DNA of 64,000 bases, from assembly GCA_041697335.1 (NCBI GenBank), contig JBGUGD010000039.1, forward strand, positions 199,410 to 263,409. Reading direction: 5' to 3'. Position 1 is the stretch's first letter. Every line of letters begins with the position of its first letter. A program made the translations under genes and the position numbers. Shown here in pieces: positions 1 through 9,301 of the stretch. Below the pieces are notes generated by a model. That model saw only the letters and a program-made list of their open reading frames with translations, ran no database searches and was not told where the DNA came from. Origin of the DNA: Vampirovibrionaceae bacterium NZW_1234. GTDB taxonomy: Bacteria > Cyanobacteriota > Vampirovibrionia > Vampirovibrionales > JAGQHJ01.

Positions 1-617
1 TTGGTGCGCAAGGCTTCCACAATATTGTGGAAGAAGGCTTTGATGTCGCGGTTGGGAATGATGCGGGCGGCCAGGCGAGCCTCTTGCAAGGACAATTTGC
101 CATCCCCGTTTTGATCAAACAAACAGGCCACCATCCGTAAGAATTCCAGATGCATCGGGGCATGATAGCGATAATTGGGCCGTGAACCCGGAGCACCCGG
201 CCGGTCTCCATCACGACGAGCCGGTACGATATCGGTGCCGGGTCGAATCCGAGACGGTAGCCTTACAGGACCCGCACCAGCGCGCATCCGGGAAATCAAT
301 CTCGCCCGATGCCGGGCCCGAATCCGACGGCCACGGCGTCCGATGCCGGGCATCAGATCCCCGGGCCGGGGCATCTGATCCATAATAGCGGACGGACTCC
401 GGGATATCAGATCCATCAACTCCGGCCGGATGGGAAACGGGGAAGGGGTGACTCCGGATGTAGGACCCGATGTCGGAAAAGGAAGCAAGCGATGGCGATC
501 CATCCCAACCCCGACCGCATGAGAATGATGCCCCCGGTCAAGTACAGAAGCCCCCTGTCCACGACGCCAATACTCAGCCTGGTGTGCTACAAGGCGCGCC
601 AAAAAAGCATTCAACAT
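1..617 (-). CDS. EF-hand-containing protein with low-complexity Arg/Pro/Gly-rich N-terminus (runs off window, partial)
   Basis: Not in ORF track. Hand translation from ATG 617 (GGAGG 8 nt upstream) is open to position 1: MLNAFLARL...LFDQNGDGKLSLQEARLAARII; DQNGDGKLSLQE is a canonical EF-hand loop. Confidence 0.75.
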   Translation of the reverse strand, partial: MLNAFLARLVAHQAEYWRRGQGASVLDRGHHSHAVGVGMDRHRLLPFPTSGPTSGVTPSPFPIRPELMDLISRSPSAIMDQMPRPGDLMPGIGRRGRRIRARHRARLISRMRAGAGPVRLPSRIRPGTDIVPARRDGDRPGAPGSRPNYRYHAPMHLEFLRMVACLFDQNGDGKLSLQEARLAARIIPNRDIKAFFHNIVEALRT

Positions 618-811
618 ATAAAAGCCCTCCCATAAGCTCTATCCAATGTCCGATTACGATACACGAGAATGTGACAACAGCATAAAAACAGCGGTTGCGG
701 CATTCGTGCATTAACTTTTTATGATCATGGGGGGAACGTGCCGTTTGAAGACCTTGAGGACCTTTGGGATAAAGCTGCCGGAATGTCATACCCGGCAAAA
801 CACATCAGAAA

Positions 812-1795
812 TCAGGGTAAAACACCTTCCTGGCGCAAGCGTCGGCCGGTGAGCTCGATTAAATGCTGGGCATCTTGCTCCAATCGCTCTCGCATCAATG
901 GGCGTCCGCGCTGCACCTCGTTTTGAAACGCCGTGGCAAAGGCCCCCGATTGGATCCGAGCCAGCACCTGTTGCATGGAGGCTTTGACATGCCCGTCAAT
1001 TAAAGAGGGCCCCTGGGATAGATCGCCGTACAGGGCTGTAGAGCTTATTTTTTGACGCATATAGGTTAACCCGCCTTCCTGAATCAGGTCGGCAATGAGT
1101 TTCACTTCGTAGAGGCATTCGAAATACGCAATTTCCGGGGACATGCCGCCTTCAACCAGCACGTCGAACGCGGTTTTGATCAACTGGGTGAGGCCGCCAC
1201 ACAGCACCGCCTGTTCACTGAAGAGGTCGGAGATGGTTTCCTGGGCAAAGGTTGTCTTTAAAATTCCGGCCCGGGAACACCCAATGGCCTGACCATAAGC
1301 CAGCGCCACCTCAAGGGTATCGCCAGAGGGGTCCTGATGCACGGCCACCAGCCCCGGGACGCCCGAGCCTTCCACATAGCGATTGCGAACCCCGCGCCCT
1401 TGGGCCTTGGGTGCGAGCAAAAACACATTGAGGGTGTCTGCCGGTGCGATCCACCCGGCATGGATGGCCATGCCATGGCTGAACCCGAGATACGTTCCAG
1501 CGTGCATGGCCGGAGCAATATGGGCGTCATATACGGCCCCCATCACTTCGTCCGGCACCATCAGCATCACGACCTGAGACTGGGAGACGGCATCCGAGAT
1601 GCTGAGAACCTTAAAACCTGCCTGTTCAATATCTTGATGTTTTCGCGAAGCCTTTCGCACACCCACGACCACGGAAATACCCGAATCTCTTAAATTCAGG
1701 GCCTGGGGTTTTCCCTGATTTCCAAAACCAATGATGGCCACGGTTTTCCCGGCAAGCGGGGCCATCGAGATGTGAGGGTCCTTAAAAACGTCCAT
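812..1795 (-). CDS. ilvC: Ketol-acid reductoisomerase
   Basis: IIGFGNQG NADP-binding motif, ALNLRDSG, ETISDLFSEQAVLCGG, AYFECLYEVKLI; start trimmed to MDVFKD to avoid overlap with lysS. Confidence 0.95.
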   Translation of the reverse strand: MDVFKDPHISMAPLAGKTVAIIGFGNQGKPQALNLRDSGISVVVGVRKASRKHQDIEQAGFKVLSISDAVSQSQVVMLMVPDEVMGAVYDAHIAPAMHAGTYLGFSHGMAIHAGWIAPADTLNVFLLAPKAQGRGVRNRYVEGSGVPGLVAVHQDPSGDTLEVALAYGQAIGCSRAGILKTTFAQETISDLFSEQAVLCGGLTQLIKTAFDVLVEGGMSPEIAYFECLYEVKLIADLIQEGGLTYMRQKISSTALYGDLSQGPSLIDGHVKASMQQVLARIQSGAFATAFQNEVQRGRPLMRERLEQDAQHLIELTGRRLRQEGVLP

Positions 1796-1877
1796 GATCG
1801 TCACGTCCTGTTTTAGACAAATGCCAACGGCCTCATTATAATAAGGAATCAACGCCAGAGAAAAAGGAACCATTGTC

Positions 1878-3398
1878 GTGGAAGAGGTCATTGCAACGAA
1901 CCAGCCCGTTACAGACACGGAAGAAGGCCAGGCATCCTCCCGTATTCGGGAAACCCGAGTGGAAAAAATGAACGCCCTCCGAGACAGGGGCATAAATCCC
2001 TACCCCTACAAGTTTGAAAAATCCCACAGCAACGAGGCGTTACAAACCCACTACAAAGACCTGCCCGCAGGCGAAGAAACGGCCGATGCGGTTCACGTGG
2101 CCGGACGCGTGATGGCGCTAAGAAACAGTGGCATGTTTATTGATCTGCAAGACAGTTCCGGCAAGATTCAGGTTTTCTGCCACAAGGAAAACCTCTCGCA
2201 GGAGGCCCAACAGCTTCTGAAACTGGTAGACATCGGGGATATGATTGGCGCCACTGGCACCATTCGACGCACCCCTCGCGGGGAATTGTCCGTAAAGGCC
2301 ACTGGCATTGAGGTCCTGAGCAAAGCCTTGCTACCCTTGCCCGAAAAATTCCACGGCCTGACCGACAAGGAAACGCGCTATCGCCAACGTTATCTCGATC
2401 TGATTATGAATGAGGACACCCGGGACACGCTGCGCAAGCGGAGCCTGATTATCTCGGCCATTCGTCACTTCTTTTTAAGCCGCGGCTTTTTGGAAGTGGA
2501 AACCCCCATGCTTCAGACCCTGGCCGGGGGCGCGGCGGCACGGCCCTTTATTACCCATCACAATGCCTTGGACCTGACGATGTATATGCGCATTGCCCCG
2601 GAGTTATACCTGAAGCGCCTGATTGTCGGCGGCTTGTCGGAAAAAGTGTTTGAGCTGAACCGGAATTTTCGAAACGAAGGCCTGTCCCCCAAACACAATC
2701 CGGAATTTACGATGTTGGAAGCCTACCAGGCCTATGCCGACTACCATGACATGATGGATCTGACCGAGGCCCTGGTGAGTACCGTGGCTCAGGAAGTCTT
2801 AGGAACCCAGGTCATCGAGTACCAGGGCCAACAGATTAATCTGGCTGCCCCCTGGGCCCGCAAGTCCATGATTGATGCGGTGAAAGAAGAAACCGGCCTG
2901 GACTTTAACGCCATTACCTTGGCCCAGGAAGCCCACCAGGCCGCTCGGGATATTGGCCTTGAACCTGAAGACACCTGGACGTGGGGCAAAACCCTGGAGT
3001 ACGTGTTTGAAGAACGCGTGGAGCCCAAGCTCATCCAGCCCACCCATATTATTGATTACCCGAAAGAGACCTCGCCCCTGGCCAAGGTTCACCGCAGTGA
3101 TTCTCGCCTGGTTGAGCGCTTTGAAACCCGCATCAACGGCTGGGAAGTGGCTAATGCCTTTTCGGAACTGAGTGACCCCATCGACCAGCGGGCCCGCTTC
3201 GAATCGCAGCTGGAGGCCAGAGCTGCCGGGGATGACGAAGCGCATCATCTGGATGAGGACTACATTACGGCCCTGGAGTTTGGCATGCCGCCGACCGGGG
3301 GCCTGGGCATCGGCATTGATCGGTTGATTATGCTGTTGACCGATTCGCCCAGCATCCGCGATGTTATCGCCTTCCCCACCATGCGCCCGAAACACTGA
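1878..3398 (+). CDS. lysS: Lysine--tRNA ligase (class II)
   Basis: RYRQRYLDLI, YMRIAPELYLKRL, FRNEG..HNPEFTMLE, GMPPTGGLGIGIDRL. Confidence 0.98.
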   Translation: MEEVIATNQPVTDTEEGQASSRIRETRVEKMNALRDRGINPYPYKFEKSHSNEALQTHYKDLPAGEETADAVHVAGRVMALRNSGMFIDLQDSSGKIQVFCHKENLSQEAQQLLKLVDIGDMIGATGTIRRTPRGELSVKATGIEVLSKALLPLPEKFHGLTDKETRYRQRYLDLIMNEDTRDTLRKRSLIISAIRHFFLSRGFLEVETPMLQTLAGGAAARPFITHHNALDLTMYMRIAPELYLKRLIVGGLSEKVFELNRNFRNEGLSPKHNPEFTMLEAYQAYADYHDMMDLTEALVSTVAQEVLGTQVIEYQGQQINLAAPWARKSMIDAVKEETGLDFNAITLAQEAHQAARDIGLEPEDTWTWGKTLEYVFEERVEPKLIQPTHIIDYPKETSPLAKVHRSDSRLVERFETRINGWEVANAFSELSDPIDQRARFESQLEARAAGDDEAHHLDEDYITALEFGMPPTGGLGIGIDRLIMLLTDSPSIRDVIAFPTMRPKH

Positions 3399-3442
3399 TT
3401 CTGGCCTCGCCAAGATCGGTGGTGCCCAGGGAAGCACGGATG

Positions 3443-3791
3443 AATACGTGACGGAGCAAGCACCGCAGCAACGACGCAGATTCGCCCCTCAACACAGGCG
3501 TATTTTCAGCTGTCGTTGACCACGCCTGTGTTGAGAGGATGCAGATGCAAGGCGCGAGGCGCGCAGGGAAGGAGCGTATCAAAATACGTGACTGGGCGAG
3601 CACCGCAGCAACGACGCAGATGCGCCCCGCAGCACAGGCGTATTTTCAGCTGTCGTTGTGCCCGCCTGGTGTGTGGGGATGCAGTTGCAAGGCGCGAGGC
3701 GCGCAGGGAAGGAGTGTATCAAAATACGTGACGGAGCGAGCACCGCAGCAACGACGCAGATGCGCCCCTCAGCACAGGCGTGGTCAACGAC
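3443..3791. repeat. Tandem array (~2.5 copies, 140-bp period) of a palindromic ERIC/RPE-like element
   Basis: AATACGTGAC recurs at 3443, 3583 and 3723; ends GTCGTTGACCACGCCTGTG (3512) and CACAGGCGTGGTCAACGAC (to 3791) are inverted repeats. Confidence 0.9.
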
Positions 3792-4402
3792 TAGAATCCG
3801 GGAGAGTGCTCCGGCAACCCCTTGTAGGCGACGTTGTTGCGGATTTGCCAGGTCAGCTTGTTTTGCTGGACCAGCACCGATACCGCCGTAAGACGATCGA
3901 CCAGGGCGTTGGATTTGAGCGGAATGCTTTTCAAGTGGGGATAGCGCTCCAACATGTCCTGCCACGTCCTGGCCTCTTCCGACCAGGCCACCACCTCTTC
4001 ATGAACCGAATTTTCCGTGTCATTGTGCATGGCTTCATGGCGAATGAGTGCCGCCAGGGCCGGGGGTGGGGCTGATGCATGCTTGCTGTTGATATAGATG
4101 ACATGACGCCCATCGTTAACAATAACGCTCAGGGCATCGTGGTTCATATAGGCTTTGCCAAACTCGCGCATGTCTTTAAATAAGATCTTCGTATCGCGTG
4201 CAAACAGGTCCTCTACCACGGACTTGTTGTCGGTTTCGGCCAAAATCGCCAGGGCCTGGATCAGAACCGGTTCCCGGGTGCAGCGAAAGTACTTGATGCC
4301 GCCTTCGGCAAGAACAGGCGCAACCAAAGACGCTACAATAAAAGCAAGCATCCCCAAGGAACTCAGCACTCGGATATGTCGACACGGTTTTTGAGACATC
4401 AC
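3791..4402 (-). CDS. Exported protein with HExxH motif (putative zincin metallopeptidase-like)
   Basis: Hydrophobic signal-like N-terminus (LAFIVASLVAPVLA), IYIN strand then RHEAMH and downstream EE; start codon uncertain. Confidence 0.65.
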   Translation of the reverse strand: MMSQKPCRHIRVLSSLGMLAFIVASLVAPVLAEGGIKYFRCTREPVLIQALAILAETDNKSVVEDLFARDTKILFKDMREFGKAYMNHDALSVIVNDGRHVIYINSKHASAPPPALAALIRHEAMHNDTENSVHEEVVAWSEEARTWQDMLERYPHLKSIPLKSNALVDRLTAVSVLVQQNKLTWQIRNNVAYKGLPEHSPGF

Positions 4403-4498
4403 ATGGCCTCCAAGGTGGAAATTCTGCCGGAAGTATCGGCACGATTTCTGCGTTCTACAGCCTTCTGGAGTAAACGTAATCCGATTACAGGAAAAGTC

Positions 4499-5305
4499 AT
4501 GCTTCTGGGGCTCGTTTTGATGGGCCTCCTGGGGCTGCCGCTGAGTATGGCCATTGATGACGGGAGCTTTGTGACAGACTACGGCATTGGCCTTTTAGGA
4601 CTGTACCAGCCTGGCTCGGGGTCGCCCAAAAGTCATGTCGAAGGCATCCCTGAGGCGAAGCCGTTTCTGCCAGTCCAGCTTCAAGGGGCACTGCAAGGCA
4701 TTGCGCTGAAACAGAAACCGCACTCCCAGAGCAAAACCGTGGCGACCCTGGATTACACGCCGGAAGGCCTTCTGGCGTGGCGTCATCAAGACACCCTATA
4801 CACCTTGCGAGAAAGCGGCATCATCCTTCAGCCGAAACAAGCCGCCTTTATCGTGGTTTCCCAGGGCGGTCCCTGGCTGGAGGTGCTCATCAACCAGGCT
4901 CCCCGGCTCACAGGGTGGCTGGATATGCGAAAACACCATCGAGTCCTTCGCTTTTGGTTATGGTATTACTACATCCGAGAATCTGTCCAAAAGAATCTCC
5001 CCCTGGTCTTCATCTACGCCAAAGACGCCGAATTTCGGTCCGGCCCGTCCATCAATAGCATTGCCTTGCCTCGAGGCATCTTTGATCCCGAATCTGCCGT
5101 CCTGGATCCGCTGATGCTCCAGGATGGCTATCTTTTGGTCCGCCAACGGCCTCCCCAATCTTGCGATCCGCTGTTTGCCCAAGGTGCCCTGGTGCACAGT
5201 CAGCCCCAGGATACGAAAGCCGCTGAAGAAGGGTGGGTGCGCTGGATTAACAACCAGGGGCGCCCCACCATGATGCGCGCCATTCCACCGGCCTGTTCAA
5301 ACTAG
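4499..5305 (+). CDS. Hypothetical exported protein
   Basis: Long ORF with signal-peptide-like MLLGLVLMGLLGLPLSMA; no recognised domain; start uncertain. Confidence 0.6.
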   Translation: MLLGLVLMGLLGLPLSMAIDDGSFVTDYGIGLLGLYQPGSGSPKSHVEGIPEAKPFLPVQLQGALQGIALKQKPHSQSKTVATLDYTPEGLLAWRHQDTLYTLRESGIILQPKQAAFIVVSQGGPWLEVLINQAPRLTGWLDMRKHHRVLRFWLWYYYIRESVQKNLPLVFIYAKDAEFRSGPSINSIALPRGIFDPESAVLDPLMLQDGYLLVRQRPPQSCDPLFAQGALVHSQPQDTKAAEEGWVRWINNQGRPTMMRAIPPACSN

Positions 5306-5345
5306 GCCCCGTATCCGGGGGGATGTATCGATTTGTTAACACCAC

Positions 5346-5372
5346 TGAAGTCGGGACCCCGGGTGACGATAT
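5346..5372 (+). promoter_or_regulatory. Putative sigma28-type promoter
   Basis: TGAAGTCG-N11-GACGATAT versus consensus TAAAGTTT-N11-GCCGATAA, 37 nt before the next ATG. Confidence 0.4.
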
Positions 5373-5409
5373 CTGAACTCAGAAGAGAAGAGTCGAGGAT
5401 TATGCTTCC

Positions 5410-6075
5410 ATGGGAAAATTTAGCGAGAAACTGCCCAAGTTAAACCTGAATCAGCTATTACACAGAGACAAGAAAGCGTCGACAACGCCATCGGCCTCGG
5501 ATTTTCAGGTTGTTTCCGGGTTTGATAACAACCCAATGCCTGAAACGCTTCAAACAAGCTACATACCTTTGGGCACGTTCCGAAAAGATACACCTCCCCC
5601 GACCTTTACAGGACGAAGAGGTCCCTTCAACACCCTAAGCCATCGCATGCTGGCCGCCAACGATCCGGACTTCGACGATGAAGAAACAACCGGGCTCCAG
5701 GATGATGAAACAACCACCACAGAAGACGTTTCCACCCCAAGCAATTATAGTATCCAAATTGCCGTAAACGGCGAAATGGTAGATTTTTCACCTACTGATA
5801 CGGCCACGCCCCAAGAACCTGAGCAAGAAGTGGCTGAAGCCTCGCTTGAGGCGAATGAACCGGTGGTGGACCCCAAGCTGATTCAGCAGTTCAGCCAGAT
5901 TATGGAAGAGCAAAACGCATCGCTAAACCAGTACAGTGACTTAGATGCGCTGGACAATGAAGATGCTCCGGAGTTCATTGTTTCAACCACCACACAACTT
6001 CCCGGTGAATTCGATGACACCCCGACATCGACGTATACCCCGGCATCCTTTACGCCAAAACGCTACGGGAAATAA
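5410..6075 (+). CDS. Hypothetical acidic, Thr/Pro-rich disordered protein
   Basis: 221-aa ORF, GAGGA RBS upstream, low complexity. Confidence 0.7.
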   Translation: MGKFSEKLPKLNLNQLLHRDKKASTTPSASDFQVVSGFDNNPMPETLQTSYIPLGTFRKDTPPPTFTGRRGPFNTLSHRMLAANDPDFDDEETTGLQDDETTTTEDVSTPSNYSIQIAVNGEMVDFSPTDTATPQEPEQEVAEASLEANEPVVDPKLIQQFSQIMEEQNASLNQYSDLDALDNEDAPEFIVSTTTQLPGEFDDTPTSTYTPASFTPKRYGK

Positions 6076-6344
6076 CCCATTTCTTCCCCATCAACGGCGT
6101 CAACTATCACTATCATCTGCCAATGGCCTGCCCCGGCTTTGCCCAAAGACAGGCCATTTGGCCATGATTGTCTTTTATTGAGAAACGTAACAATAAGACC
6201 AGCTCCCTCAGAAAAAGGAATACAAATCTAGCAGCACCCTTTATAATCTTGAGTAGGGTAATTTAATTTCTGAATATTATTGTGGTAGTAAACATACACT
6301 AGGTTGTCGCGAGAGAGGAACCAGAACATTAGAGGGTGTGTCCA

Positions 6345-6581
6345 ATGAAATTCATTGAGGAGTCCATTTTGGTTCGACCGGAAATCCGGTTGTTGAATCG
6401 CTATGCCCAAAAGGCAAAACAAGTGGCCATTACCTCCATTAATCCGGTATTTTCGGCCTCCGAAGCCGAAAGTCATCGCCGGGATTTACAGGCCCTTCGG
6501 ATTCAAGTGGAAGGCCCCCCAAAGCATTTGAGCTACTTCAATAGCTTGATTGAGGGTGCCAACCTGAAATTCAAAGCCTAA
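6345..6581 (+). CDS. Small hypothetical protein (78 aa)
   Basis: GAGGG RBS, ATG 6345, protein-like composition, ends 6 nt from the convergent gene. Confidence 0.6.
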   Translation: MKFIEESILVRPEIRLLNRYAQKAKQVAITSINPVFSASEAESHRRDLQALRIQVEGPPKHLSYFNSLIEGANLKFKA

Positions 6582-6587
6582 ACGAGA

Positions 6588-7193
6588 CTACGAGAAACAG
6601 TACGGATAACCGACGCCCCACTGATCGGAGTAAATCAGCTCTTGAAGGGGGCGTCGTTCTCGTGGGGCCAGTTCCCGTTCACGAAGCGGATCGGCCAACA
6701 CTTCGGGCGGGCCGGGATACCCGATGGCCACCAGGGCCATGGGCTGAAAGCCCTCGGGGATGAGCAACTCTGAAACAGCCTTATCGGCATAAAAGCCCGC
6801 CATGGCGTGAGTTACCAGACCCATATCCACAGCCTGAAGCATGATATTTTCCAGAGCCATCCCCACATCATGGGCGCCATGACGATTGGGGGCATCGTTG
6901 TAGGTAAATGTGAGCTTGGTCACGGTGAGCAGCAACACCGGCGCCTTGGCAGCCCAATCGTTGCCGGACATAAGCAACGACGCCAGCTTTTCATGGGTCC
7001 GGGGGTTGACATTGGAAGCGCCTATAAAAAAGCGCCAGGGTTGCTCGTTAAAACAAGAGGGTGCCCAACGGGCCGCCTCCAGAAGCGAGCAAATCTTGTA
7101 GGGCTCGACCTCCTGATCAGAAAATGCTCTGGGGCTCCAGCGCTGCTGAATCAGGGGATGTACCGGGTATGCGGTGGGAGCGGGCTTGTCCAT
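6588..7193 (-). CDS. Nitroreductase family protein
   Basis: RWSPRAF, ARWAPSCFNEQPWRF, AIGYPG. Confidence 0.93.
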   Translation of the reverse strand: MDKPAPTAYPVHPLIQQRWSPRAFSDQEVEPYKICSLLEAARWAPSCFNEQPWRFFIGASNVNPRTHEKLASLLMSGNDWAAKAPVLLLTVTKLTFTYNDAPNRHGAHDVGMALENIMLQAVDMGLVTHAMAGFYADKAVSELLIPEGFQPMALVAIGYPGPPEVLADPLRERELAPRERRPLQELIYSDQWGVGYPYCFS

Positions 7194-7399
7194 GAACCAA
7201 TCGGCCTCTCATTGATTGAACACGTTATTGCCTTACCATACCCGAAACATACGGTCCATTAGACAGGTGAATTCTATCCGACACCGGGGGGATTTGTGAA
7301 AAAACTCATAGTCATGCCGCTTAAATTTGAGGACAATGTCAAATGAGGTAAAGTCAAATTTATATGGAACGTCAAGCAGACTGTGTATAGGAGGTCATC

Positions 7400-7639
7400 A
7401 TGCCTTACGTCATTACCGAGCCCTGCGTCAACGTAAAAGACAAAGCATGCGTTGATGTGTGTCCCGTCGACTGTATCTATGAATTGGATGGCGAAGCCCA
7501 ATTGTTCATTAACCCGGACGAGTGCATTGAATGCGGTGCTTGCGAACCCGCTTGCCCTGTCAACGCTATCTACATGGATTCCGAAGTGCCGGACAACCAA
7601 AAACAATACATCGAACTCAACGCTTCCAAATTCAAATAG
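7400..7639 (+). CDS. Ferredoxin (dicluster, FdxA-type)
   Basis: MPYVITEPCVNVKDKACVDVCPVDCI...CIECGACEPACP; AGGAGG RBS. Confidence 0.95.
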   Translation: MPYVITEPCVNVKDKACVDVCPVDCIYELDGEAQLFINPDECIECGACEPACPVNAIYMDSEVPDNQKQYIELNASKFK

Positions 7640-7682
7640 GAAGCCTCCGTACCCCTGTTGAAGGGTTATACGCTCAGCATTC

Positions 7683-7710
7683 AAGTCCCACTGACCCCAG
7701 TGGGACTTTT
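7683..7710 (+). terminator. Intrinsic terminator after ferredoxin
   Basis: AAGTCCCACTG-accc-CAGTGGGACTT hairpin followed by T residues. Confidence 0.7.
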
Positions 7711-7813
7711 GCATGGTATTCAGCGATAAAAAGCGGCTTTCGGCCGAAATCTTCGGGGGATTCAAACCCGGCTAGCAACAAATCTCAATTGCTTGTTTTT
7801 ATATAATTACTTC

Positions 7814-8013
7814 TTGTATCGTGTGTGTCGTGATGAACGGGTTTGCACTCGGCTTCATCTGATTTTTCCACTCGTCCGGTCTTTTACCCCAAGATCCGGG
7901 CATCGTCAGGAGGGTTGGCCCCCTGCCGAAGGATGCCAGCGCATCCGAGTGGCTTAGTAGGAATATCTGCGTAATACAACGATGTATCGGAAACGGTACA
8001 TCGTTCTTTTTTT
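7814..8013 (+). ncRNA. Candidate ~200-nt structured non-coding RNA (family unassigned; 6S not excluded)
   Basis: TATAAT at 7802-7807, no ORF in the track, multiple nested stems, terminator with GAAA loop and T7 at 7978-8013. Confidence 0.6.
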
Positions 8014-8124
8014 GCCCATAACAACGGCCTGCTTAGACCGGTCATCGGTGACGCCCATATCGGTCACATAGAACCTGGATAACACAGTCTTAAAGCTTCC
8101 TTAAAAAGCCGCTATATTCTGTAA

Positions 8125-8230
8125 CATGCGTTCCAAGACACCTATTTTTTGTTTTTATACCTGTAGGACGTGGGTCAAGTAAGGAGGATAACTCATTTTA
8201 GAAGGGCGTGTCAGGATGACACGCCCTTCT
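8125..8230 (+). ncRNA. Candidate GGA-rich small RNA
   Basis: TTAAAG-N17-TATATT upstream; four GGA motifs; perfect 14-bp hairpin at 8200-8230 with GGA at the apex. Confidence 0.3.
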
Positions 8231-8258
8231 GCCCTATTAAGACCACCAAAAACAGGCC

Positions 8259-8284
8259 AAAGAAAAACCCGCTCTCAAGCGGGT
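8259..8284 (-). terminator. Intrinsic terminator of TPR gene
   Basis: ACCCGCT/AGCGGGT stem with T-tract on the minus strand. Confidence 0.6.
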
Positions 8285-8322
8285 ACAGGTGTGTCCAGTG
8301 GAGATAAATCGAAATGCTATGG

Positions 8323-8919
8323 CTAGGAAGACACCGAGGTCTTCACCACATGCAATGCTTGTTGTCGAGCACGATCTCGAGTGCCCTGGCGCCGTTGGCA
8401 GAACTGATCGAGCAACGTCTTATAGCTGGAAAGCAAATAAGCCATTTCATCCTCATCCAGGTAATGAGCCGCCTTCTCCAGCGTGTGCTGCGCCTCGCGA
8501 AAACGCTTGAGCGAAATCAGCAGCGAAATTTCCTGGTCAAACAAACTGGGAAACAAATACTTTTTCTTTTGGTCAATGCAAAGCAGGGCTTGACGGCAGC
8601 ACTGAAGCGCCTCGCGGTAGCGCCCTAACACTTCAAGCACACCGGCTTTGGAGATATAGGCTTCAGCCAGGTGAGGGTTTAGCTTGATGGCGTTGTTCAA
8701 AGCGCCCAAGGCCTCTCTGTCCCGGTTCAGACAGAAGAGAATATCGCCATAAAGCACTAACGCACGTGTATCATCAGGCTCATGATCCAATGCTTTTTCC
8801 ACCAACCCCAGGGCACCGGAGTAGTCGCTGTGATAGATAAACAGATCTCCAGCGGTTTTTAAGTAGCGTTGGGCCGAGAAGTTGAGGACTTTTTTGAATA
8901 ACTGCATCGTCGTAACCAC
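8323..8919 (-). CDS. Tetratricopeptide repeat protein
   Basis: TPR-like helices (ALGLVEKALDHEPDDTRALVLYG; ALNNAIKLNPHLAEAYISKA); GGGGAG upstream; ATG 8907 is an alternative start. Confidence 0.8.
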   Translation of the reverse strand: MVTTMQLFKKVLNFSAQRYLKTAGDLFIYHSDYSGALGLVEKALDHEPDDTRALVLYGDILFCLNRDREALGALNNAIKLNPHLAEAYISKAGVLEVLGRYREALQCCRQALLCIDQKKKYLFPSLFDQEISLLISLKRFREAQHTLEKAAHYLDEDEMAYLLSSYKTLLDQFCQRRQGTRDRARQQALHVVKTSVSS

Positions 8920-9301
8920 TCCCCTGTTTTTAATGAAGTTGAGTTGGTGTCATTTCCATTCTTGAAACAAGTGTATCAGAGGGTGAGAAACGCATGTCGC
9001 GCTGTGGTTTTTCCCGTCTGCCGCTTCACTGGAGAAGCGAGCCATCCCTCTTTCGAGATCCGTTGAATCATTGATCTGTTTACTAAACAAACAATATGAC
9101 TATGGTAAAGCGAGAAGAACCGCCCCTCTGCGCCTTGTTAACATTTCTTTACAAAACACGACATGACATCTCTTCGCCATCCATGCTTGACCCCGATACA
9201 GATATCGGATCGATACCACAAGAGATGACAAAGTGAAGTAAACTAGAGCATTATCGGGGATGTCAGACCCTAGAACAAAATTGGTAGCTTGAAAACTCGG
9301 A

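Noticed and set aside
1796..1993. N-terminal extensions in the ORF track (ilvC here; likewise lnt, bamA, mutS, alaS, aroF)
   Set aside because: They overlap neighbouring genes or precede the family-conserved N-terminus and RBS, so starts were trimmed
3443..3791. CRISPR array
   Set aside because: Whole 140-bp units repeat with no unique spacers, and there are no cas genes in the window
3516..4075. ORFs 3516-3731, 3539-4075, 3579-3965 and 3658-3891
   Set aside because: Translations of the palindromic repeat and antisense of the HExxH gene
7868..7952. tRNA (cloverleaf-like fold)
   Set aside because: No TTC T-loop, D-loop or 7-nt anticodon loop consensus on either strand
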